From an uncultured virus (IMG/VR IMGVR_UViG_3300001589_000005) (Duplodnaviria > Heunggongvirae > Uroviricota > Caudoviricetes): a DNA stretch of 64,000 bases. Position numbers and translations under genes: made by a program. Numbering within the stretch: position 1 is the stretch's first letter; each line of letters starts with the position of its first letter. The notes under the pieces were generated by a model. The model worked only from the letters and a program-made list of their open reading frames with translations, did not search any database and was not told the DNA's origin. Of the stretch, positions 8,077 to 17,100 are shown piece by piece. The stretch is taken from positions 1-64,000 of IMG/VR virus record IMGVR_UViG_3300001589_000005. One strand, 5' to 3'.

Positions 8077-8612
8077 CGGATATATTAAAAAGTTCTAATC
8101 ATATGCACAATGCAATAGTTCGTATACCGTTATTACATATTAATGTTTTAGACAAGGTAGAGAATACACACATACAACATGCTGTTCGCAGACATGCAAC
8201 GGATGATAAACATTTATCAAACGTAAAAGCAAATATGACTTCTTGGTATCTACATGAAGAGAGTGATGTTGTTAAAGGACTTTCGGAACTTGTCGTTATA
8301 AAGTGCCAGAAAATGTCTGGTAATTTTAAATTACATAATAGTGAATGTTGGGGTAATGTCCAAACATTTTCAGAAGAAGTTATAGAACATACACATTGGC
8401 CATTTCTATGGTCTTGGTGCTACTATGCCAAAGTGGATAGAACATCTCCACCACTTATCTTTCCAGAAGTCAAACAAGTTTTTGAACCAGAGTTGGGTGA
8501 CTTAATTATCTTTCCAAGTTATATAAAACATTTTGTTCCTAAAAGTGAATCGGAAAACGAAAGAATAGTTGTCGCTGGTAATATTAGTTTTGAGTTCACA
8601 AAACCTTGTTGA
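8067..8612 (+). CDS. 2OG-Fe(II) oxygenase superfamily protein
   Basis: HTH...GDLIIFPSYIKHFV...ERIVVAGNI. Confidence 0.85.
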   Translation: MGLTDILKSSNHMHNAIVRIPLLHINVLDKVENTHIQHAVRRHATDDKHLSNVKANMTSWYLHEESDVVKGLSELVVIKCQKMSGNFKLHNSECWGNVQTFSEEVIEHTHWPFLWSWCYYAKVDRTSPPLIFPEVKQVFEPELGDLIIFPSYIKHFVPKSESENERIVVAGNISFEFTKPC

Positions 8613-8663
8613 TTGTTTCCATTTAGACAACAGTGTTATTCGATTTAAAATTACTCTTTCCAT

Positions 8664-8671
8664 TATAAATA
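8664..8671 (+). promoter_or_regulatory. T4-type late promoter
   Basis: TATAAATA upstream of ORF 8719. Confidence 0.7.
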
Positions 8672-8718
8672 TAAGTGTAATCAAATAAGATTATATTTCA
8701 TACAAAGGGAGAACCAAA

Positions 8719-8958
8719 ATGAGTGCTATCAGCACAGCCGTATGGCAAGAAACATGCAACATTTGTGAAAAAGTACACAAAGTTTTACACAACACTTTAG
8801 TCAATTTTCAAAGAGGTAGACAACTATCTGCAAACAGACAGATTATGCATCAACTACCAACACTTAGACATTTATCCAAAGATTTAGATTTAGATTTTCA
8901 TCTTGACAAAATGAATGACAACACAAATAAAAGTTATGACGCTAAACTAATAAAGTAG
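8719..8958 (+). CDS. hypothetical protein
   Basis: 79-aa ORF with GGGAG SD. Confidence 0.7.
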   Translation: MSAISTAVWQETCNICEKVHKVLHNTLVNFQRGRQLSANRQIMHQLPTLRHLSKDLDLDFHLDKMNDNTNKSYDAKLIK

Positions 8959-8964
8959 GTTTCT

Positions 8965-8972
8965 TATAAATA
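8965..8972 (+). promoter_or_regulatory. T4-type late promoter
   Basis: TATAAATA upstream of ORF 9012. Confidence 0.7.
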
Positions 8973-9011
8973 ATCCGAACACTTAATTGATGAGAGATGA
9001 GGGGTGTACGG

Positions 9012-9503
9012 ATGATAGATCCAATTACGGCGGTCGCAGCCGCTACGGCTGCGTTCAATACAATTAAACAAGGTTTCCAACTTGGTAAAGATATCGAGTC
9101 TATGTATGGTGACATGGGTAGGTGGATGGGTGCCGTAAGCGATATTGATCAGGCGGATAAGTTAAATAAGAAACCACCGTTGTTTAAAAAAATATTTGAT
9201 GGTTCTAGTATAGAACAAGAAGCAATGGATATTTTTGCTGCTCAGAAAAAAGCAGCTGCCATGGAACAAGAACTAAAGACTTTTGTTAACTTTACACACG
9301 GGCCTGGTTCATGGGATGAGATACTTAGACTACAAGGTAAGATTCGTAAAGATAGACAAAAATTAATCTATGAACAACAAATGAGACAAAGAGAAATCCT
9401 AAATGCAATTGGATTAATAATCTTGGTGGGTGGAATTGGATTTGCTGTAGTTATGGGTGCTTCTATTATTGTAGACATGCACGGCCATCCAAGTGGTTGG
9501 TAA
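9012..9503 (+). CDS. hypothetical protein with C-terminal TM helix
   Basis: MIDPITAVAAATAAF...; helical body; C-terminal hydrophobic segment. Confidence 0.75.
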   Translation: MIDPITAVAAATAAFNTIKQGFQLGKDIESMYGDMGRWMGAVSDIDQADKLNKKPPLFKKIFDGSSIEQEAMDIFAAQKKAAAMEQELKTFVNFTHGPGSWDEILRLQGKIRKDRQKLIYEQQMRQREILNAIGLIILVGGIGFAVVMGASIIVDMHGHPSGW

Positions 9504-9721
9504 TGGAACTTGTTTTTGCTTTAGTAACTTATCTTGGAATGAATAAGATTGATGAAACTTACTTTCGCAATATAGATGATTGTATATACTTCCAAGAAAG
9601 ATTAAACAAACAACCCAGAGTTCCTAAAAGAGACCCAGAAGGAAATGATGTGCCTGGCGCTAAATTTGTTGCTGTATGTCAACCCTCAAAAGTAAACCTA
9701 AATAAAACGAAGGTATATTAA
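9503..9721 (+). CDS. hypothetical protein (two Cys)
   Basis: TAATG coupling; hydrophobic N-terminus; DDCIYF...AVCQP. Confidence 0.7.
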   Translation: MELVFALVTYLGMNKIDETYFRNIDDCIYFQERLNKQPRVPKRDPEGNDVPGAKFVAVCQPSKVNLNKTKVY

Positions 9722-10051
9722 ATGTTTAAATGGATTGTATTAGTCATGCTACTAATCCCACTTAATCTATATGGTGGAGCAAAAACTGTCGGCGCAAAGA
9801 AAGACTATACACGACAGCAAAAAATTCAAAGAGGTGATATAATAGAAAAAAAGTACACCACTTGTAGATTAAAGAAGATTGTCCAATCACGATCTGGTGA
9901 ACAGGCTTGTATATATCAAGGTGGTAATAAAACTTATGAATTAATGTTTGATAATAACTGTCCAAAACAATTTAAATGTATTTACAATCCTAACAGTAAA
10001 GAACCAAATATAGACAATGTGATGGATAGTTTAAATTCAATAGGTAAGTAA
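9722..10051 (+). CDS. secreted Cys-rich hypothetical protein
   Basis: Signal-peptide-like N-terminus; four Cys. Confidence 0.7.
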   Translation: MFKWIVLVMLLIPLNLYGGAKTVGAKKDYTRQQKIQRGDIIEKKYTTCRLKKIVQSRSGEQACIYQGGNKTYELMFDNNCPKQFKCIYNPNSKEPNIDNVMDSLNSIGK

Positions 10052-10052
10052 T

Positions 10053-10334
10053 GTGATATATGAACATGAAGATTTGCAAATAGATTCAACTGTATCATCT
10101 AAAACAAGATTATATAAAGATGATAAATTAGTTTTTATTGGTGATGGTTATAAAGCAATCACTATGATGATTAATAATAGCAAAAATCCAGAACCAGTAA
10201 AACAAAAGTTTCATGCCCAATTAACTATGAGAGAAAAACCAAAATTTTCTAAAGGTGATGATATAGAAACATTGAGAAAGCAAGCACTAGATGACCATGC
10301 TCAATCCTTAGTGAAGAAGAAGAGAAGGCGATAA
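10053..10334 (+). CDS. hypothetical protein
   Basis: 93-aa ORF in operon. Confidence 0.7.
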   Translation: MIYEHEDLQIDSTVSSKTRLYKDDKLVFIGDGYKAITMMINNSKNPEPVKQKFHAQLTMREKPKFSKGDDIETLRKQALDDHAQSLVKKKRRR

Positions 10335-10340
10335 ACTCTT

Positions 10341-10348
10341 TATAAATA
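10341..10348 (+). promoter_or_regulatory. T4-type late promoter
   Basis: TATAAATA upstream of gp5. Confidence 0.8.
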
Positions 10349-10367
10349 ATATAGAATAGGAGTCAGC

Positions 10368-11708
10368 ATGTCAAATAATTTTATGGGCCTAGATGGTTTC
10401 GTCTGGTTTACTGGTGTCGTTGAAGATAGAAACGATCCTGCTTTACTTGGACGAGTCCGTGTAAGATGTTTAGGTTTTCACACAGAAGATAAAGTGAAAA
10501 TACCTACATCATCACTACCTTGGGCTCACATAATGTTACCGATAACAACACCGTCTATGAATGGTAAAGGTCAAAGCATACCATTTATGGTTGAGGGTAC
10601 ATGGGTTATTGGTTTCTTTAGAGATGCTGAATTACAACAACAACCAGTAATTATTGGAACACTGCCAGGCTATCCACAAACAGTATCGGATAAGACAAAA
10701 GGATTTAATGATCCAAATGGTGTGTATCCTCTATCAACCCACTTAAATGAAAGTGATGTAAACAGATTAGCAAAAGGTGGAGCGGATGATAAACCACATG
10801 AAATCATTGAACTCAAAGAATCTAAAAGAGATAAACAAGTTGCCGTTGCCTCAGGCGAACCTTGGGATGAACCAGCTGGGTCACATTCATCATCCAAGTA
10901 TCCTTACAACCATGTATTTGAATCAGAGGTTGGACATATCAAAGAATACGATGACACACCGAGCAATGAAAGAATACACGAATATCATAAAACTGGAACA
11001 TTCTACGAAATGCGACCAGACGGTTCAAAAATCACAAGGGTGGTTGGTAACAATTATGAAGTGGTTCACGGATCGGATTACGTCCATGTTAAAGGATCAG
11101 CAAACCTAACAGTTGATGACACATTAAACATAAAAGCAAAAACAATAAACATGGTTGCTGATACTATGAATAAAACAATAGGAACGCTTACAGAAACAAT
11201 AACAACACATAATGAAACAACTGGAACGCTGACAGAAACATATACAACTAAAACGGAAACTGCGACAACTGGTAATACGACTTATACATCAGGCGATGTA
11301 GTTGCAAGTAATATATCTCTAGTAGGACACCAACATGTAGATAATGCTGGACTTGCTGCTGGAGTTACCACTGTGCCTATTGGTGGAAGTGGTTCAGTAA
11401 CATCTGCTCAAGGAGATACCGTGACAGCAATTTCATCTGGTATAACTGCTACAGAACCAACATCTCTAGATCTAACTACAGTCTCAAATGTAACATTACC
11501 GACTGCTACATCATCATATCCAGATACACTGGTAAAAACAGATTCTACTGGTACAGTTAATAGTACAATATTGGCTGACAATGCTGTAACACAAGATAAA
11601 CTTGCAGACGATGCTGTAGGTTCTGCTGAAATGAAAACTCTATCGACACTACTCATCAAGAATAGTGGTGGTACTACATTAAAAACAGTTCACGGTGCTG
11701 GAGAATAG
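10368..11708 (+). CDS. gp5: baseplate hub/central spike gp5 (no lysozyme domain)
   Basis: FVWFTGVVEDRNDP...GRVRVRC OB-fold; YPYNHVFESEVGHIKEYDDTP. Confidence 0.92.
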   Translation: MSNNFMGLDGFVWFTGVVEDRNDPALLGRVRVRCLGFHTEDKVKIPTSSLPWAHIMLPITTPSMNGKGQSIPFMVEGTWVIGFFRDAELQQQPVIIGTLPGYPQTVSDKTKGFNDPNGVYPLSTHLNESDVNRLAKGGADDKPHEIIELKESKRDKQVAVASGEPWDEPAGSHSSSKYPYNHVFESEVGHIKEYDDTPSNERIHEYHKTGTFYEMRPDGSKITRVVGNNYEVVHGSDYVHVKGSANLTVDDTLNIKAKTINMVADTMNKTIGTLTETITTHNETTGTLTETYTTKTETATTGNTTYTSGDVVASNISLVGHQHVDNAGLAAGVTTVPIGGSGSVTSAQGDTVTAISSGITATEPTSLDLTTVSNVTLPTATSSYPDTLVKTDSTGTVNSTILADNAVTQDKLADDAVGSAEMKTLSTLLIKNSGGTTLKTVHGAGE

Positions 11709-11716
11709 TATAAATA
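11709..11716 (+). promoter_or_regulatory. T4-type late promoter
   Basis: TATAAATA upstream of gp25. Confidence 0.75.
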
Positions 11717-11734
11717 CTAATAAAGGAATTACAA

Positions 11735-12163
11735 ATGTCGCAATATGATGCTCAGTTAAATAATAACACATCTAGAAATAATAGACAATACTCTGATTTA
11801 GATTTATTCTTTAGCAGAAAAACATCTAATAGCGATATAAATACACTTACAGACGTTCAAGCGGTAAAGAGAAGTGTTCGTAATTTAGTTCAACTAGATT
11901 ACTTTGAAAAACCTTTTCATCCAGAGATTGCATCTGGCATTAGGGGAATGTTATTTGAATTGATGACTCCCTTTACTGCTCAAGTAATTGCTAGACAGAT
12001 TGAGGATGTAATTAATAATTTTGAACCTAGGGCCAAACTTGTTGGTGTAACTGCGATACCAGATTTGGATCGTAATGCTTATGAAGTTAAGGTAGAATTT
12101 TATGTTGTTAACACACCGACAGAGTTAGTAGACTTAACGGTATTCTTAGAAAGATTGAGATAA
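11735..12163 (+). CDS. gp25: baseplate wedge subunit gp25
   Basis: YSDLDLFF...AVKRSVRNLV...EKPFHPEI...NFEPRA. Confidence 0.92.
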   Translation: MSQYDAQLNNNTSRNNRQYSDLDLFFSRKTSNSDINTLTDVQAVKRSVRNLVQLDYFEKPFHPEIASGIRGMLFELMTPFTAQVIARQIEDVINNFEPRAKLVGVTAIPDLDRNAYEVKVEFYVVNTPTELVDLTVFLERLR

Positions 12164-12164
12164 G

Positions 12165-14105
12165 ATGGCAGATACAAATAATCAGAAAGTACGAGTAACG
12201 GAATTAGACTTTGATGAAATTAAAGCAAACCTAAAATCTTTTCTAAAAAACCAAACAGAATTTAGAGATTATGATTTTGAAGGTAGTGGTATGAGTGTTC
12301 TATTAGATACACTAGCATACAATACTCACTATCTAGGTTATAATGCAAACATGTTAGCAAATGAAATGTTTTTAGATAGTGCGGCTTTAAGAAGTTCTGT
12401 AGTATCACATGCAAAGACTTTAGGATACGAAACATCTTCATGTCGTGCTCCGAAAGCAACTATAGGTATTGCATTAACAACAACTAACTCAACAGCCACT
12501 ATGCCTGCTGGTACTAAGTTTACAAGTACAGTGGATGGAGTATCATATCAATTCGTAACAACCTCGACTGTCCAATCTACAAGTTCTGGTAATACTGTGA
12601 ACTTTGATAATACAGAAATTTTTGAAGGAACATATGTTACCACAAAATATACAGTGGATAGCACTGATACGGAACAAAGATTTATTATCACTGATAACAG
12701 AGCCGATACTACAACTTTAAATGTAACAGTTCAAAATTCATCAACCGATACATTTACTACAACCTTTACAAAAGCAACTGATATATCACAGCTGTCTATT
12801 AATAGTAATGTGTACTTTTTACAAGAAATAGAACAAGGTAGATATGAAGTTTATTTTGGTGATGGTGTTGTAAGTAAATCATTAACAGATGGGAACATCG
12901 TAATACTAAATTATGTTGTTACAAATAAAACTGCAGCCAATGGTGCAAATGCTTTTTCATCACCAAGTGCTATTGGTGGTATTAGTGACATTGGTATTAC
13001 ACTCGTTGCTTCCGCTGCTGGTGGTGCAGAACCAGAAAGTATAAATTCAATAAAATTAAATGCCCCACTTGACTATGCGGCCCAAGGTAGATGTGTTACT
13101 AGAAATGACTACCAAGTATTTACTAAGAAGTTATTTGCAAATGCACAAGCCGTTTCTGTGTGGGGGGGAGAAGATGGAAGTTTTGATTCATCTTTAGGTG
13201 TTACTGCAACACCACAATATGGAAAAGTTTATATTTCAATTAAATCAAATACTGGACAGAACTTAACATCAGCACAAAAATCATCACTAGTTAAATCTTT
13301 TAGTCCATTTACCGTTGCATCAATAACACCAGTGATTGTGAATCCAGAAACAACATTCTTAATTCTACAAGTTAATTTTATGTTTGATTCTACAAAAACT
13401 GTTTTGGTTGGGCCAGACTTAGAAGCGTCTGTTATAACTGCAATTACAAATTACAATGATACATCTTTAAAAAATTTCAATAGTCCATTTAGACACTCTG
13501 TTCTTACTGGATTAGTAGATAGTGTTGATGCTGCTATTTTAAATAACACTACAATTGTTACCATGGCAAAATTCTTTACACCGATTATATCAACAAATGT
13601 CTCCTACACAATTAGTTTTAACAATCCACTATATAATCCTCATTCTGGCCATAACGAGCTTGGTGGTGGTATTATTGCATCTACTGGATTTAAAATTGAT
13701 GGTAGAACAGAAGAAATGTTTTTTGATGATGATGGAAAAGGAAACCTAAGAATGTATTATCTACAAGGTTCTGCGAGAACTTATTATGCCACGCAAGCAG
13801 GAACAGTAAATTATTCTACTGGTGTGGTATCTACAAATGCATATAAATTTTCAAGTGTATCAAATGTTGATGGACTTACTTCTACACAAATTAGAATGAC
13901 AGCAACACCAAATTCAAATGATGTTGTACCAGTTAGAAATCAACTACTAGAAATAGATTTAGTTAATTCAAGTATATTAAGTAATGTAGATGCTACTGCC
14001 ACAACTGGTGTTGGTTATACGGTTGCCTCAACTGGTGGAGATGCACAAACCACAACTACGACAGTTCAAACTAATCCATCTAGTGGTTCAACAAGTGCAT
14101 ATTAG
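12165..14105 (+). CDS. gp6: baseplate wedge subunit gp6
   Basis: ELDFDEIKANLK...DYDFEGSGMSVLLDTLAYNTHY...RSSVVSHAK. Confidence 0.95.
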   Translation: MADTNNQKVRVTELDFDEIKANLKSFLKNQTEFRDYDFEGSGMSVLLDTLAYNTHYLGYNANMLANEMFLDSAALRSSVVSHAKTLGYETSSCRAPKATIGIALTTTNSTATMPAGTKFTSTVDGVSYQFVTTSTVQSTSSGNTVNFDNTEIFEGTYVTTKYTVDSTDTEQRFIITDNRADTTTLNVTVQNSSTDTFTTTFTKATDISQLSINSNVYFLQEIEQGRYEVYFGDGVVSKSLTDGNIVILNYVVTNKTAANGANAFSSPSAIGGISDIGITLVASAAGGAEPESINSIKLNAPLDYAAQGRCVTRNDYQVFTKKLFANAQAVSVWGGEDGSFDSSLGVTATPQYGKVYISIKSNTGQNLTSAQKSSLVKSFSPFTVASITPVIVNPETTFLILQVNFMFDSTKTVLVGPDLEASVITAITNYNDTSLKNFNSPFRHSVLTGLVDSVDAAILNNTTIVTMAKFFTPIISTNVSYTISFNNPLYNPHSGHNELGGGIIASTGFKIDGRTEEMFFDDDGKGNLRMYYLQGSARTYYATQAGTVNYSTGVVSTNAYKFSSVSNVDGLTSTQIRMTATPNSNDVVPVRNQLLEIDLVNSSILSNVDATATTGVGYTVASTGGDAQTTTTTVQTNPSSGSTSAY

Positions 14106-14115
14106 GGAGTAATCT

Positions 14116-17100
14116 ATGTCTGAAAAATCTTCCAAGTTTCTAGGCAAGATATCTCCATTAGTAGAAGGACAGTTTCCAGACTTTGTTAAAGATGAAAACA
14201 AACTCTTTGTAAAATTTGTTCAAGACTATTATAAGTTTCTTGAAGCTGGTAAGATGGAACTTACTGCTGCTGTTGATTATATAAAATATGAAACAGAAAC
14301 AATATCCTATATTCTTAATGATGAAGGTGATCGTATCGTTGCTGAACAAGGTGCTGGTACGGTTGGAAACTTTACTAATGGTGAGACTATTATAGGGTCT
14401 TCATCAAATGCTATTGCTGAAGTTATAGTAGAAGATGTCCGTAACGGAACAATCTACATTTCATCTCATCAAAAATTTGAAACTGGTGAAACAATAACTG
14501 GACAAACCTCTGGTGCAACTGGTGTATTAAAAAGATATCGTGCAAACCCAGTTCAAAATATTCAACAACTTTTAGACTACGCTGACGTAGACAATACAAT
14601 CTTTGACTTTTTAAATAAATTTAGAGATTCGTTTATGGAAGCAATTCCTAATACTCTTGCAACTGGAACTGCTAAAAGAAATCTAATAAAATCTATCAGA
14701 GATTTATATTCTGCAAAAGGAACATCCGAAGGTCACAAACTCTTTATGAGATTGTTACTTGGTGAAAGTGCATCTATCTTTTATCCGACACAATATATGT
14801 TGAGGGTGTCAAATGGAGATTGGCGTCAAAAGACTACAATGAGAGTTGAGACTATAGGTTCTTCTGCTGATGAAATTGTTAACCAAGTTATAACTGGTTC
14901 AACATCTTTTGCAACTGCGATTGTTGTAGACACTATTACGTTTCAACAAGGTTCTGTATCTGTTACGGAACTAGAGATTGACTCTGTAGTTGGTACATTT
15001 CAAACCGATGAATTGATTACTGCAATATCAACACTTACAGACGTTCCTGCTAATTTTCGTATAAAAGCAATTGTTTCTTCAGCAGACTTAGGCACTTCTG
15101 GTGCTTTATATGTAGACAATGAAATAATTGATGCAGAGGCTTTGGGTAATGATTTTGCTGATGTTAGAGTTGATGGTATTAAGTCTGGTGGAGTAACATC
15201 AATTGAAATAGATGCTACTGGTGCTGATTATCAAGTGGGAGATAAAGTAACCTTTACTGCAAACGCTGTAGACACAGACGTATCTGACGCTTCTGGCTTT
15301 GTAACTGTAACTGGTGGTGGTATTGCAAATGAAGATAGTTCAGGCGATATTATAATCTTAGAAGATGACACCTCTGTTAGTACGGAAAATTTTGATATCC
15401 TACTAGAGAGTAGATTAGAGGATAGATTTATCGGAGATGGTACGACAACTGCATTTACATTATCCACTGTTCCTTCTACGGATACTCTTACAGTACTTGT
15501 TGATAATGTAGTTACAACTGCTTATACACAATCTGGTTCAACTATAACATTTACAACAGCGCCTAAAAATCTCTCAACCATTTTTATTAAGGGTAATCCA
15601 CAAGATTATCTACTATTAGATAGGACAGATTCTAGTGGCACTGATACTGGATTTAGAATACAAACAAATCAACAGATAGAAGTCGTTGATACCTTTGGAA
15701 CAGATAATGATCAAATAGTTCTTGAAGATGGTTCTATGGGCGCAGAGTTTGGACAAATTAAAAAAATATTTATAGAAAACAAAGGTGATGGTTATACAAG
15801 ATTGCCTACTGTTTCTGTATCATCTACCTTTGGTACTGGTGCTGATCTTACTTCTCTATCCACAGAGATTGGTAAAATTCAAGCAATAAAAATTAGTGAC
15901 TCTGGATTCAATTACACAGTTTCAAATGCTCCAGTTATTGAACCAAGAGCACACTTTGTTTTAAAAGATGTATCTGGAACATTTGCCTTAGGTAATACTC
16001 TAACTACAAACGGACACACTGGAACAGTTCAATCGTTTGATACTGGTACTAAACTATTAACTACAACTTTTGAAAATGAGGAAAGGATCATTCACGAACA
16101 AAAAGGTTCTACTTTCCAAGATAGTATTGAGTTAGAAGGAAACACTGGTGATAATTTATCATCTAGATTATTCTTAGAAGATGAACAAGACTTTGATGGT
16201 GGGGATAATATTGTATTAGATGGAACTAGTATAAAAGCACCAATCAATCAGACATTTGTTTTAAAAGTTAAAAAATATTCAGAATTAAACGAGGATGGTG
16301 TATCTGTCAATCGGTTTATGATAAATGAATCTAAACGACCAGAATTAGCATTGTATGAGGGTAACACTTATTATTTTGATTTATCTGACCCATCGTTGTA
16401 TAGTGATAACACCTCTGTTAATGCTCACCAATTAAGATTTTCAACTACACCAGATGGAACACATGCTTCTGGAACTGCATTTACAGATGGGGTAACTGAA
16501 TCAGTTATAACACTTATACCAATTGGAACTGCTGGTTCGTTTATTCAAATAGTTGTTCCAACGAATGCTCCAAACCTTTATTACTATTGTACAAATCATA
16601 GTGGAATGGGTAATACTATTTTAACACCACAACTACAATCAGTCGTATTGGATGAGGGTGGAAATATATTAACAGACGGATTAAGTAAACATGAATTTAA
16701 TATACGTTTGGAAGATGCAATTAACTATACTGGTTTTGGTATTATAGAATTTGAAGAAGATGCTGGTTTTATTCAAGGACGTTTAGATTTAGAAGATAAG
16801 AGTAAAATACTTCTAGAAAGTTCTAGTGAATTAAGTGGTGGTGGTATTGAACTTGAAGATGCTGTAGGAAAAGTTAAAGCTGGATTTAATTATAATGTGG
16901 GGGGTGTTCAACTAGAAGAATCTATTAGTAGTTTTGTCCAAGGAATTGGTGAAAAAATTGTTATGGATAGATATAGAGAAATCAATCCAGGCTCAGTATT
17001 CATAGTACAAGAAAATGGTGATCCATTACTTGGTGAAGATTTTGGTTTCAACCTAACATTAGAAGATAATGATCAATTTTTATTAGACGATGAAACTGCT

